The notes beneath the pieces are model-generated. The model did not search any database. It worked only from the letters and a program-made list of their open reading frames with translations, and had not been told where the DNA came from. A DNA stretch of 64,000 nucleotides from contig CM060732.1 in NCBI GenBank assembly GCA_030704615.1, positions 69,378,001 to 69,442,000 of the forward strand, written 5' to 3'. A program made the translations under genes and the position numbers. This stretch comes from Takakia lepidozioides (Eukaryota > Plantae > Bryophyta). Shown here piece by piece: positions 26,035 through 39,217 of the stretch; positions within the stretch are counted from its first letter, which is position 1, and each line of letters begins with the position of its first letter.

Positions 26035-27000
26035 GCGCCATTTTTTCCATTTCGGGGCCGAAAATGGCTAAGTCCCAGATCTGACTTGCACCAAAATCGG
26101 AAATTCGGCGCCATTTTTCCAGTCATGCAGGTAATTCGAAGAGCGGATGGATGGAAATCCGGCGCCGGATTACCATCCGCCAACTAGGTCGGCGCTGAAA
26201 AATTTCCGTCGTGCAGGTAATTCGAAGAGCGGATGGATGAAAATCCGGCGCCGGATTTCCATCCATCCGCTCTTCGAATTACCTGCATGACTGGAAAAAT
26301 GGCGCCGAATTTCCGATTTTGGGTGCCAGTCAGATCTGGGACTTAGCCGTTTTCGGCCCCGACATGGAAAATGGCGTTTTGTTTTTTTTTTTTTTTTTTT
26401 TTTTTTGGCGCCTTTTTGCCATTTCGGGGCCGAAAATGGCTAAGTCCCAGATCTGACTTGCACCAAAATCGGAAATTCGGCGCCATTTTTCCAGTCATGC
26501 AGGTAATTCCAAGAGCGGATGGATGGAAATCCGGCGCCGGATTTCCATCCACCAGGTAAGTCGGCTTGCAAAATTTCCGTCGTGCAGGTAATTCGAAGAG
26601 CGGATGGATGAAAATCCGGCGCCGGATTTCCATCCATCCGCTCTTGGAATTACCTGCATGACTGGAAAAATGGCGCCGAATTTCCGATTTTGGGTGCCAG
26701 TCAGATCTGGGACTTAGCCGTTTTCGGCCCCGACATGGAAAAATGGCGTTTTTTTTTTTTTTTTTTTTTTTGGCGCCATTTTTCCATTTCGGGGCCGAAA
26801 ATGGCTAAGTCCCAGATCTGACTTGCACCAAAATCGGAAATTCGGCGCCATTTTTCCAGTCATGCAGGTAATTCCAAGAGCGGATGGATGGAAATCCGGC
26901 GCCGAATTTCCATCCGCCAGCTAGGTCGGCGCGCAAAATTTCCGTCATGCAGGTAATTGGAAGAGCGGATGGATGGAAATTCGGCACCGGATTTCCATCC
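24150..27000. repeat. Tandem array of long inverted-repeat units (~360-370 bp) with poly-T spacers
   Basis: Arms aaaatggcgccgaatttccgattttggtgccagtcagatctgggacttagcc and their reverse complements recur on both strands. An unrelated ~500-bp segment lies at ~24430-24940. Confidence 0.9.
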
Positions 27001-27019
27001 GCAAGGTTGGTCGGAGAGC

Positions 27020-28746
27020 GGATGGATGGAGATCCGGCACCGGATTTCCATCCTGCAGGTAAGTGGAATCCCGGATGGATGGAAATCCGGCGCCGAATTT
27101 CCATCCTGCAGGTAATTCGAATCCCGGATGGATGGAAATCCGGCGCCGGATTTCCATCCAGCAGGTAATTCGAATCCCGGATGGATGGAAATCCGGCGCC
27201 GGATTTCCATCCTGCAGGTAAGTGGAATCCCGGATGGATGGAAATCCGGCGCCGGATTTCCATCCTGCAGGTAATTCGAAACCCGGATGGATGGAAATCC
27301 GGCGCCGAATTTCCATCCTGCAGGTAATTCGAATCCCGGATGGATGGAAATCCGGCGCCGAAGTTCCATCCTGCAGGTAATTCGAATCCCGGATGGATGG
27401 AAATTCGGCGCCGAATTTCCATCCTGCAGGTAATTCGAATCCCGGATGGATGGAAATTCGGCGCCGAATTTCCATCCTGCAGGTAATTCGAATCCCGGAT
27501 GGATGGAAATTCGGCGCCGGATTTCCATCCTGCAGGTAATTCGAATCCCGGATGGATGGAAATTCGGCGCCGGATTTCCATCCAGCAGGTAAGTGGAATC
27601 CCGGATGATTGGAAATTCGGCGCCGAATTTCCGTCCAGCAGGTAATTCGAATCCCGGATGGATGGAAATTCGGCGCCGCATTTCCATCCAGCAGGTTACT
27701 GGAATCCCGGATGGATCGAAATCCGGCGCCGAATTTCCATTAGGCAGGTATTTCATCGCTGAGAATTACCTTCCTGCAGGTAATTCTGATCAATGAATTA
27801 CCTTCCTGTAGGTAATTCTCAGCGATGAATTACCTTCCTGCAGGTAATTCTGAGCGAGGAATTACCTTCCTACCTTCGTCGATAAGAATTACCTGCAGGA
27901 TGGTAATTCATCGCTGAGAATTACCTGCAGGAAGGTAATTCATCGATCAGAATTACCTGCAGGAAGGTAATTCTCAGCGATGAAATACCTGCCTAATGGA
28001 AATTCGGCGCCGAATATCCATACGCCAGCGATCCGACTTACCAGCTGGATGGAAATTCGGTGCCGGATTTCTATCTATCCGGGATTCAACTTACCTGCTG
28101 GATGGAATTTCGGCGCCGAATTTCCATCCATCCGGGATTCGAATTACCTGCAGGATGGATATGCGGCGCCGGATTTCGATCGATCCGGGATTTCACTTAC
28201 CTGCTGGATGGAAATTCGGCGCCGGATTTCCATCCATCCGGGATTCAACTTACCTGCTGGATGGAAATTCGGCGCCGAATTTCCATCCATCCGGATTCGA
28301 ATTACCTGCAGGATGGATATGCGGCGCCGGATTTCGATCGATCCGGGATTTCACTTACCTGCTGGATGGAAATTCGGCGCCGGATTTCCATCCATCCGGG
28401 ATTGCACTTACCTGCTGGGTGGAATTCGGCGCCGAATTTCCATCCGGGGGCTGGTCTCTGTCGGAGAGGTGCCGGCCTCTCCGCCGCTCTGTTGGATATT
28501 CGGTGCCGAATTTCCGTCCGGCGGTTGAAATATGACGGCCAGGTGCCGACCTCTCCCCCTCCCCAACCGCATTGGAATGGCCCCGGATTGAAATTCGGCG
28601 CCGTTTTCCCATCTGGGGAGGTTTTTATGTCGGCCAGTTTTCAGTCTGACACCCCGACAAGACTTCCTTGGGGGGGCCCGGATGGAAATTCGGCGCCGAA
28701 TCTCCATCCAAGGGATGCTCTCTGTCGAACACGTGCCGACCTCTAC
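27020..28746. repeat. 53-bp tandem repeat carrying a 30-bp palindrome, arranged as a foldback around ~27875
   Basis: Unit cctgcaggtaattcgaatcccggatggatggaaattcggcgccgaatttccat (27423, 27476). About 13 copies to ~27740, a core of ~32-bp gaattaccttcctgcaggtaattc repeats, then reverse-orientation copies from ~27990. Confidence 0.92.
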
Positions 28747-29246
28747 NNNNNNNNNNNNNNNNNNNNNNNNNNNNNNNNNNNNNNNNNNNNNNNNNNNNNN
28801 NNNNNNNNNNNNNNNNNNNNNNNNNNNNNNNNNNNNNNNNNNNNNNNNNNNNNNNNNNNNNNNNNNNNNNNNNNNNNNNNNNNNNNNNNNNNNNNNNNNN
28901 NNNNNNNNNNNNNNNNNNNNNNNNNNNNNNNNNNNNNNNNNNNNNNNNNNNNNNNNNNNNNNNNNNNNNNNNNNNNNNNNNNNNNNNNNNNNNNNNNNNN
29001 NNNNNNNNNNNNNNNNNNNNNNNNNNNNNNNNNNNNNNNNNNNNNNNNNNNNNNNNNNNNNNNNNNNNNNNNNNNNNNNNNNNNNNNNNNNNNNNNNNNN
29101 NNNNNNNNNNNNNNNNNNNNNNNNNNNNNNNNNNNNNNNNNNNNNNNNNNNNNNNNNNNNNNNNNNNNNNNNNNNNNNNNNNNNNNNNNNNNNNNNNNNN
29201 NNNNNNNNNNNNNNNNNNNNNNNNNNNNNNNNNNNNNNNNNNNNNN
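28747..29246. other. Assembly gap (500 N)
   Basis: Run of N characters. Confidence 1.
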
Positions 29247-29769
29247 ATTTTTCTTTTTTGTTATTAGGTGCGACCGCTTAGGGGGGGTCGCACATTTTCT
29301 TTTAGTTTTTAAAAAATGTGCGACCACCAGCAGGGGGTGGTCGCAGTAGTTTTTTTGTTTTGTTATTAGCTGCGACCACCCATAGGTGCGACCGCTACCT
29401 GGACACGTGGCGAGGGGCGAATGGGCAGCAAAGGCGGTCGCGCGCCGCTCAAGGTAGGCCTCTCCGGGCAGTATATAAGGGCCTATCCCCCATTCCCAAC
29501 CCATTTTTTTCCATCTCTGTGAGTGCGGTTTTGGGCTTCTTGGAGTTTCAATTTCGGTGGCCAGGACTGAGCCGTGGGGGGGAGGGGAAGTGGATTTGTG
29601 TGGGGGAGGAGTTTTTGCCTTTTTTTTTGGGACTGCGGGAGACAATTTGCTTTGGGTACTATACCAATAGAGGGTAAGGAAATTGATCCGCTAGTATATA
29701 AGGTTATGAATAGTCTGGGTCTAGTTTTCCGATACGAAGCCGCGTCTATTCCGCAGAGTACTTTCATCA

Positions 29770-30857
29770 TGTCCGGAAACATTGCTTTGAACACAGTGTC
29801 AGGGGGTTCCACGGGAAGTGGGCATAAAGGTAGGAAGCGTAAACATGCACATGAACGGGATAGTCAGGAAAAAAGACTATCCAAGCAAAGAGGCCGCGAA
29901 GGTGGTCAAGCAAGTAGTGCTGGATTATTTGAAGGACAATGACATAATGCGTTTGAATCTTTTATATGTCTGACATGGGAATGAGGGGCTCTTAGATTCC
30001 AGCACAATATGGAGATGAGAATGAGGGAGGCTTTGACCGGGGATGCATGGGAGGAGGACAGACGAAGTTCCAGTTCACAAAATGGATGGAGGACAGGGCC
30101 CATGATGCCACATGGAATCTGAGGCAAACCATGGACAAGTTTGTTACGAGAACACCTGTAGCTGAAGGTCGCATGCCAACTTCGGAGGATGAGTTGTTTG
30201 TGCTTATGGACTGGTGGTCTGACATGGCAAAGGCCCACGCCAAACGACGTACGAAACCACTCCCATGGAAGGCAGGGTCCTTGTCCACGGATGCGGCATT
30301 GAACGTGAGATACATATCCACAAACGCACAGGTACAAACAACTCAACGCGCCCAAACAAGGAGGGTATGGTACAATTCGGAGGGTTAGAATTGTTGGGGA
30401 TCAATTCATTCCTCCATCCTAGGAGCTAGCAGGGAAAACGCCCAGGGAAACAAATGCTGAGCTTGCCAAAGTCCAACATGACAATGAGGCGTTGGCTGTA
30501 AAGTTCCATTATTTCGGCATCATAAAGTATTTTGCATTGCATCCACGTCAAAATGAAGGTTACACACATTGGTGGAATGGGGAGACTATACGATCATGGT
30601 TGAGTATTGACAGGAAATGGGGGAATGATCGAGATAACATGGAGTTAATGGAACGACGGGGTGGAACAGGAAATGCAGGAGGTCAACCGACTGGTCCGAT
30701 TCCGACAGAATCGCACCCAATTGGCATGGGCGTTTTTTGCACATCATGCTCATAATCACCACCTCTTGCTCAACGACATGCCCCCCGACAACATCTTGTT
30801 GCATTTTCCACAAGGGTCTGAAGATGTGTACATCGGGATATGCGATTGGGGGATGGT
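29770..30857 (+). pseudogene. Divergent protein kinase relic, truncated after the DFG-equivalent motif
   Basis: ELAGKTP (subdomain II Lys), DNEALA (helix C Glu), LLLNDMPPDNILLHF (VIb), IGICDWGMV (VII); stops and frameshifts. TATA-like gtatataag at ~29471. Confidence 0.6.
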
Positions 30858-31600
30858 CACTACAGGAAAAGGGGGGCCTTTACGACGCCAGCGCCACGCC
30901 GCAGTGTCGGGAAAATGCCCTTTTCGGACACGCGGCAGACGCAGAATTTGCAACGCCCGGCCGTCGTCCGGCAGTCGCATGGGCGTCGCCAAAATGACGT
31001 TGCAAAAATGCAACGTCTGGGGGTCACGAGCCCCCGCCCCAACTCCCGCGACTACCGGACATCGGTTTTTCAGGCCGTCCGCGCCGATGGCAGGGGCCTC
31101 TTTGAGCGACGTCTCGCCGTCGCGGCCCTCCAGCCGACGGCGTTGGTGGGGGCGCCGGCGCGGCGTCGCATCCTTTTTTTTTCCTAACCTGCCCAGGAGT
31201 CCCATCCTAAAACCCAAAAACACGTGGCGTAAGCGGGTGGTACACCAAGCGACTATTGGGCGTGGCAAAAAAACAGCAGGAGCAGGAGTCGGTCTCCACC
31301 ACGCCCGGCGTGGGTTGTTGCGATGCTTCGGCGTCGCTTTTGTTTTATATTTTATAATAAAAAAAAACGTGGCGCAGGCAGGGTGGCGGTCTCCGCGACG
31401 GCTTGCGACCCCCGGACCAAAAAAACACGTCGCAGAGGGTGTCGGGCGTTGCCGCCCGCAAATGGGGTTTGCGATGCCCGACCGTCGCTGCTTGCAACCC
31501 CCGCCCAAAAACACGTCGCCATTGGCTGCAGTCACGAGGGCAGCCTGGTTGGGGGGGGGGGTTGGGGGTTGATTTTGGGGTGAATTGGGGGTAGTTTTTT
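30858..31600 (+). mobile_element. CACTA (En/Spm) element terminus with subterminal repeats
   Basis: CACTACAGGAAAA starts at 30858 and is followed by many GCGACG/CGTCGC motifs. The opposite TIR was not found. Confidence 0.7.
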
Positions 31601-32999
31601 GTTTTTTCCTGGTTTTGTATTTGGGGATGGGAGACCTTATAGTTCCATTTCTCTGATTTAGCAAGTACACAATTGAGCAAGCATGAATCAAGGGTGAGGA
31701 CGGTGCGACACATGAATAAGATGGAAGATGGAAAGATGGAAATATATTAGCAGGAAATGAGCTGAAAAGCTCACAAGGGTTCAGTAGGCTAACCCTGGGA
31801 CCTACATGGACTAGGACTAGTCATCCTCATCCTCATCCTCAATGGAGGACTCAGAGCTATCCAATGAGCCTGATGACTCCGCGCCCTTTGTCAGAGCACG
31901 TAAATGAGGCGGCCTTTCCTTAAGTCCCATAGAGCTCTCATCCAATCCCTGGCCATGACCCTCGATCTCATCCATACTAGTGCCCTGTAGTGCACTCATC
32001 CCCTTTGTGTTGGTCATGTTCTTCATGAGGGATTGTCAACCATGCTCCTTGGCGTAGTTGTACTCTACCGGAGATGGCTTCCTCTCAAACGCGCGTTGCT
32101 ACACATTCCACAAAATTAAAGTCAGTTCTTCGCGATGATGGAGCCAGAAAGTAGACATAACAAAATCCATAGGGAAGTACAACTTACAAATCGCAAGATA
32201 AAACCCTTGGATCCGCCGGCGCCCCACTTGTATGTGGATTCGTGCTTGTCAAGGCGAACTGTTGTTGCTTCGCGTGCCCGGTCAAATTTGGCCTTGTTTG
32301 CAGCATCAGTCTCTCCCGCAATAAGTGCATCCCACGCTACCTATGCACCCCCCCCAACAATTAGTGAATTACACACATACGTTGCATCGAATCCACCTCA
32401 TTAATGCACATGCGACAAATGGAAGGTGACATGATTCAAGATTTGCCAACTTGTGTAATTCCATAAGGTGGTTTGGGTATGGCCCCCTTTTCCATTGCCC
32501 TCTGAATGATCTATCTAGCACGGTACCTCCTGTCCTTCAAATTTCGCCCCACCATCTCCATCACCCTTGTGTCACTCCATTGCCCGGAAACCGGCGGTCT
32601 AACTCGCGGGCATACGCCCGCTTCGCGCCAAAGTACTGATCAGCCCACTCGATGTGCAAAGGGAACCACCTCAATGCGAGTTCAAAGGCTGGCTTCTTCA
32701 TAGCCTCCCAGAACGCACCGCAGGGGTCACCATGGCGATTCACCTCCACCAGTGGCACCACAATCTTTGCCAACTCCACGTCCTGTATCGCCAAGGCCAT
32801 CCCACCCTCTCCCTTCTTTGTAGCCTCCTTCCCCTACTCCTTTGTTACCCCACTGCCCTCCCCCGCATGCACACTCACCCCTTCCTCTCCATGGGACTTC
32901 TTTTCTTCTTCTTCTTTTCCTTCCCCTTCCCCGTTACTTCCTCTCTCTCCTTCTCCCTTCTCTCTCTCTCCTCGGCAACCCTTTCATTGATGGTAAAAG

Positions 33000-35462
33000 G
33001 GATCTCGGGAGATCGAGGCCTCTTCTTCTTACCTTTGGTGTTCGGGTCCTACCTGTGTCGGAGGTACCACAGGCGGAAGGTCATGACACTGTAGCACCGG
33101 TGATAGATGAAGTAGTTCAGGAAGAAAATCCGGTGGGACAATGGCCTGAATGGTTCGTGAGACATCACACTGTTGAGGATCAGGAGGAACAATAGCAACC
33201 TCACCATGATGACCCTCAACAGGCAATGCTGATGAGTTCCATAGGCATGACACTTAATTTGTTGGGGACTTATGTCAAATCCCATGTTCCAACTACCCAA
33301 TTGACAGCTTTGAGAGAGGAACTCAGGAAGGAGTTTGAGGCTTGACTAGCCACTGAGTGTGCAAACAAGGTCGATGAAGAGGTCACTCTCAAGATGCAGC
33401 AGGACTTGGGAAATATAGAAGCGGCTTTGCAATTGGCCAAAGAACAATTGATTGAGGCAGGCCTCGCGCAAGACCAGTTGCACGAAGCACATAAGCAACA
33501 GCTCTACCAATGCAGGTGCAGCATGAAAGCAAGTTGCAAGAAGTGAATGCACTACATACGGAGTTGCAGACAGTGCATGACAGGATGGCGATACAATGTG
33601 CTACATTCACAACTATGCTTGAACAATCTACAAAAGAAATAAACAGTCAAGCGGAAAAATGTACGAAGGCAGAAGAGGAGAATGTTGAGCAATTGAAACT
33701 CATTGTCGATATGAAGAATACAATCTGTCGCAATGAGGATGCTTTCAAGCAATACAGGCAAGTTGAAGCTGATCAAGAGAAGCACATCGTGGAGTTGCAC
33801 CAAACGATCATGGCCAATAGAAATGAAATCGCGGTCAATAACAAGGCTTGGAGGAAGCTAATAATCTGGCTGCTGCCTATGTGAAGTTGGTTGAACCTCA
33901 GGCGAAGCGCATGGAGGCTTTACAACAGCAGTTAGAAGTGTACAAGCTAAGAGAGGAGCAAACTCTCAGGAGAACCACAAGCAACTTGGTGGATACCAGC
34001 CTTATGCAGGTCTGGTTAGCACAAGGGCCAGTAGAGGGCAAAGCACCACGAAAGCTCACCCAAAGCGAGATGAATGAGCTCAGGCTGCAGGTGCAGAACA
34101 TTGCCACAACTACTATGGACAATGTCTATAGTAGGATAGCAGAGTTACAAGAGGATGTAGACGGACTGCAGACTCAAGTGGAGGACCTCACTTCAAACAT
34201 CGACAAAAGAGTCTATATCCCTCAGGAACAGCTAATGGCTTCTTATTTACAAGCCAGAACTTTGGCTTTTCAGTCTTCACAGGAGGTGCAGGAGATGCCA
34301 ATGATACAAGAACCAGTACCACCACCACCACAACAAGTCACTGTACCAGTAGCTGAACCTATGGTTACTACAACCACACCACAGCCACCACAAGACTGAG
34401 GTATGGGGCAATGCTGCTTTTAACCCCTAAAACTCCAGCTGCAAGGGAGTACAGTAGGGCTATGATTATGCCCTTCAACCAAATTCCCATCATGTTGGAT
34501 TTGGCTTGGAAAGAATTTAGTCCTCCGCAGTCATTCGCACATTACTACCAAATCATGCGTATTTGGCTGCCAGTGGCAACTAGGACTAAAGTTCTTCCGA
34601 ACAATCGACATATTGAAGATCATCACTTTGCATAATACTGGCACGAGGCAGGTACCATGTTGAGGGAATTGATTGCTTTCCAGGTTGTACATGGACTCAT
34701 TTATACCAAGACCAAGGAGGTAGCAAGTATTGTCATGGGATGCGGGTTATACTACGCTGCTTGTTTTCTGGTACGTTACCACATTGAGCAACAAAAGATG
34801 CAAACACGCTTTCTGAGTTATTCCAGTGGAGATCATTGGGTATTACCTTCGGTGCCACCTCATATGTACCTATATGACCCAAAAGTTATGATGCAAAAGG
34901 ATTCTCAAATTCGTTCATGGTTTCAAGCGGCCTGGAACAATTTGTCAACACAGAAATTCGGCATTTATGATATTTTCTATAAGGGACATGTGGCATGGAA
35001 ATACTTGCACGCTGCACCAATAATTGGTACCCCACTCACCTGGACAGACAAGGAGCTCAGTGTCTACCCAATTTTGCTGTTCAGCGGTTACACCAAGTTG
35101 TAAAATATAAACTTCCAGACATGGTAGGACAGCATTGTATGCCCCAGATGATTCCACAAAAAGTTCAAAAATTAAAACACCTGAGAGGCGATGAGGATTC
35201 TGATACAACTGTTTCTACACTGAATTCTTTTGACATGGGAGAAGACTATACAATTCAGATGGCGGAGAAGAAGAGACGGGGGTCTCCTATGCCGGAAAGG
35301 TTACCTCGATATCAGCCTCCAGAGGGCCTCACTTATCCAGGTAGTGACCAACCATCTCCGTCAACCACAGACAGACCTAGGGCTCGTACACACAGTCCGC
35401 CACAAAACTATCAACGTCAAAAAGGTGCTCACTCACAAAGGTTTGCTAATCGAAATCAGTAA
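33000..35462 (+). pseudogene. Long coiled-coil-rich ORF relic directly upstream of an LTR-retrotransposon PPT
   Basis: Same-strand ORF pieces 33510-33884, 33848-34399, 34411-34635, 34657-35103 and 34995-35462, rich in Q/E/K; no RT or integrase motifs. Confidence 0.5.
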
Positions 35463-35480
35463 ACCGTGAGGACACGGCTT

Positions 35481-35817
35481 TTTGAGGGGGGGGGGTAATG
35501 TTAGAGGACTGTCGGGGACTTAGACACTTATACGGGATCTGTAGGTACCCTTAATTTTTGCACAGACTGAGACCAACAGGAGCCTTAGGGGTGACAGCAG
35601 CGCACTGTAGAGGGGGGTTACAGAGCCCGACACAGTAGTCACAGCCAACACAGCCAACACAGCCCGTTACAGTCGTCACAGCAGACACAGCCGACATAGC
35701 CCGTCACAGCCGACACAGCCATCACAGCCCGACATAGCCCGACACAGCCGACACAGCCACACAGCCAGTCACAGCCCGACACAGCCAAACACAGTCGCAC
35801 AGCCAGTCACAGCCCGT
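35481..35817 (+). mobile_element. Ty3/gypsy-type polypurine tract and start of a 3' LTR containing ACAGCC(G/C)AC tandem repeats
   Basis: gaggacacggctttttgagggggggggg-taa-TGTTAG, with the LTR starting at 35499; 9-10-bp repeats at 35620-35817. Confidence 0.7.
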
Positions 35818-38800
35818 TAGGATCCTTGTCTTTTGGTTTGCCCCCCCCCCCCCCCCCCTTCTTGCCCTTCTGCGTCGTTTCCTGAGCATCAGGCTCCTTG
35901 GCAGCCAATGCTGCTATGTTTCTTTGGTACTCTTCGTCATCCAGAGGCGCCAGCATCTCAACATTATTGTTCAAATATTTCATGTGCTGCTCTTGAAAGG
36001 TCGTGTGCTCAGGTGGGCAGTCTAGGTACCAACCACAGTCTCTAAAGTGAGAAGGACTCCAATCCTTCAATATCCCTGCAGTGTACATGGTCGGATCGTT
36101 TGCAGGGTCCGACCACATGTCAAGATAGTCTGGAATACCGCTGAGGTGATTTCCATCCATAAGCACATATTTCGTGTACCTGTGAAACACGAGACAAAAC
36201 CCAACCCACCAAAGCGCCAAGTGAGTAAGATGCCAGTAGCACAGAATGAAAAAAACGAGCAAGAAAATCAGTCGACAATTTTTAAACTACTTGCTTCCCT
36301 TTGTATTCTGCACGGAAATATCCCTAACCTATTGGAAATCAACCTATCAATGTAAAAGCACATTGCAAGGAAAGTGAATGTTGGCAACGACATTCACAAA
36401 ACTCGAGTGAGGAACTCTGACTATCTCCAGCTGCAAATGGTACATTTGTCAGATTTGCAAATAAGGTATTCATCACATTCATGAAGTCAACCAAGATGGA
36501 ATTTCTTTGAATACCCACCTGATTCCAAAATGTAGCCTTGTGAAGTCAGTTGTCAAACACAATGTCACTGATTCCTTCCACCTTTGTGCCAGGGTGTATA
36601 GTGCTCTTTGGGAACTGATTCAAGTCTTTTACTGTCTGATCTGAGTTCCAAATCTCCAGCCATCTTATTTTGGTTTGGGGGTCGACCATGGAGATGGCCA
36701 GCTGGTGCAATTTCTCCTGCTGCATCTCCGGGTGCACATGCTTGTCATAGTGAGATTTGATCAGCACAAGGAACTCCTCTCCAAGGCCAGGATCTACTAT
36801 TCTAAGCTGCTTTGAGAAGGCGGACATCAGTTTGGTTCTGCGGATTTCATACTCCTTCTTTATTGCTACTTCCACACCCTTTGATGTCATAAGTTTCTCT
36901 GTTGTAGTGCGGTAGTATTCGGATTTCCCCTTCTCAGCTGCCTCTATCAGTTCTTGCTGCATTGATCAAAATAGGGATGAGTACAAAATGAATCACAAAC
37001 ATGTATTCAGAAAGACAAATGAGTACAGGCTCGGCCTTACCGCATACATGTACTCCAGAAACACCTCTCGAGTCAAAGAATACCAAGTGCCTGCAGCTCT
37101 TCTTGTTTCGCCCTTCTTGATTATATCGGGTGGAGTACTGTGCGAAAATCATCCAGCTTCATCAGACCATCCTCTGATTCGGACAGTGTGTGGACAAGCT
37201 TGTTGTCACATGCGATTTCTCTGTGATCTGCAAAAGATTGGAAACTATGCATTGGTAAACTCGTTTTTTGGTGGGATTACAAGGCATTGGAGAGGCAATG
37301 GAGTCTCTAGGATGACTTACTTGTTCACGTCGTGCATAGTTGTAAGAAGCCTAGCGATGTCGTTTCCAGGATCCAGAACCATTGCCTCTACAACAACATG
37401 CTTGTCTTTGTCTTTCGAATGATGTTTCTGAATGTATCCCATCCATGCCAGCAATCGGTGTTGCCGTCCCAGACGTAGAACATGTGTTGCGAATTGCTGG
37501 TTGTTTGTTTTCCCATCATGAGGCCAAGTTCGAACTTGTCATTAACATCCTTCCAATACTCATCCCAGGTAATCTGTCATCTCAGGAGACACTAATGTGC
37601 TTTTCCCATGTATCCGTCAGTGACACATAAAAAACTTGTGCACCAAGTCTGTATCCATGCACAAATCAGTTTTCCAATTTTGTAATGTCATGGGAAAGGG
37701 GAGGACGCACAACTGGCATAGATATCATCCGACATAGTGGGATGTCCAGACGCCCTCCAGGGACGAGCATGTCCCTAGTAAACCTCCTGAGAGTTTACCT
37801 TCTGGAATGACATGATTCTTTCACACCTTCAAGGTAGTGCACTTCAGGTTCATCTGCTTCATCATCGCTATTCTCAGAGCTCTTTGGCAGACTCGTCCCC
37901 ATCTCCAGAACCTTTGCCTCTGTTCCTGTATGCTTGGACTTCACAGTTTTTCTGCACGATGCCATGCCAATCAGACAGTGAGTGATGTGCAAATAGTGAA
38001 TGTCGGTACCGACCATCAGTCTGTCTCGTCTCAAATAACAGTGAATGGTGGCACCGACATTCACAACCATCTACACAAACAAAGCTGATCCAGACGAATG
38101 CAAACCAAAACTATATGACTACATAGTGATGGTCGGTACCGACAATCACTATGTTTCTGGGCAAACAGGTACAGAGAGATTCTGAGCATTAGCGAACGGC
38201 GTTAACGACAATAAAAAAACATTACATTTGAAGGACCTACTAGATCGGTTTGGTGCAATGAAATATATGTCTTAGTGATTGGCGGCACCGACATTCACTC
38301 TAGTTTAGGGTAGAAAGTGAGTGCAGATAAGTCAGAGAGACTCCATTGTGATGATCGTCACAAACAATCACTATTTCTTGTCTATTTGGAATGTCCTTTG
38401 CAATCGATACTCTACATGAATCTATAGTATGGTCTCAAAAAAAGTGATTGGCGGTACCGCCATTCCACTTCCCTAATCTGTTCAACCTGAAACAGAGAAA
38501 ATGCAAGCAAGACTATACGACTGAATATGCCGACCAACACTCTCTCTCCACGCATACACTACAGGAAGCTAATGAGGAGAATCGAATGGCGTTAACGACA
38601 CTCACACTACACTAGAATGGAATGCATTGCGTTTGGTGTAAGTCAATACTGGATCATAGTTACTGTCGGCACCGACACTCACTTTTTGTTGTATCACAAT
38701 GAGAGTTTTGAAAAGAAAAAGAATGACGTTGCCGACAATCACAGGTTCTTGCTACAGAATGAAAGCGATGGAGTGCTTGAAAGGCAATCCGACTGACTCT

Positions 38801-39217
38801 ATGATATGAAGAACAGTGAATGGCGGTACCGCCAATCACCGCCAATCCAAACTCTGGGTGGAAACCATACACACAGAGGAGTACAAAGCAATCAACATGA
38901 CTTCATAGTGATGGTCAGTACCGACCATCACTTTCTAGGAAATTGCACTCACTCTCTTCGTAGATCTGTAAACAGGAATGGAAGGTAGAAAACACTTACT
39001 GGCCCTTCTTAGGTTTTGAATTTGGATCCCCTTCTGCAGCTTTCCTCTTCCCTCTCACATCTGCTGGAATTTTTGTCTGCTCTAGGGTTTGTAGACCTTC
39101 TCCCAATTCAGCATTCCCCGGACTTCCACCTCCTTCAGTTTCCCTGCGAATCATCTCTGCTTCCACAGTCTTGTTACCACGCTCATGTTTCTCGACTGTG
39201 GACAACTGTAGTCTCAT
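35817..39217 (-). pseudogene. Family B ParB-like passenger gene (divergent paralog); 3' MTase part absent, cut at the LTR junction
   Basis: DIPLCRMISMPVVRP..GYRLGAQVFYVS..FYVWDGN(H)RLLAW..MHDVNK, then an intron at the same position as in family A. Also KQLRIVDPGLGEEFL and GWYLDCP. The exon 1 donor (38999) and exon 2 start (37951) are both phase 2. Confidence 0.85.
37995..38932. repeat. Array of ~11 ~26-bp palindromes AGTGAnnGnCGGTACCGnCnnTCACT with unique spacers, in intron 1 of the family B gene
   Basis: Copies at ~37995, 38040, 38125, 38274, 38443, 38658, 38816 and 38907, plus degenerate ones. One extra copy at 36373 lies in a later intron. Confidence 0.85.

Noticed and set aside
26805-29349. 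Long ORFs in several frames (MEIRRRISIHPGF repeats; X-rich ORFs)
   Set aside because: By-products of the 53-bp palindromic repeat and of the N gap.
31983-31992. CCCTGTAGTG as the right TIR of the CACTA element
   Set aside because: Only 9 bp match, the 3-bp flanks differ (GGT vs CAC), and there are no subterminal repeats.
37995-38932. CRISPR array (palindromic repeats with unique spacers)
   Set aside because: Repeats are degenerate, spacing is irregular, there are no cas genes, and the array lies in a spliceosomal intron.
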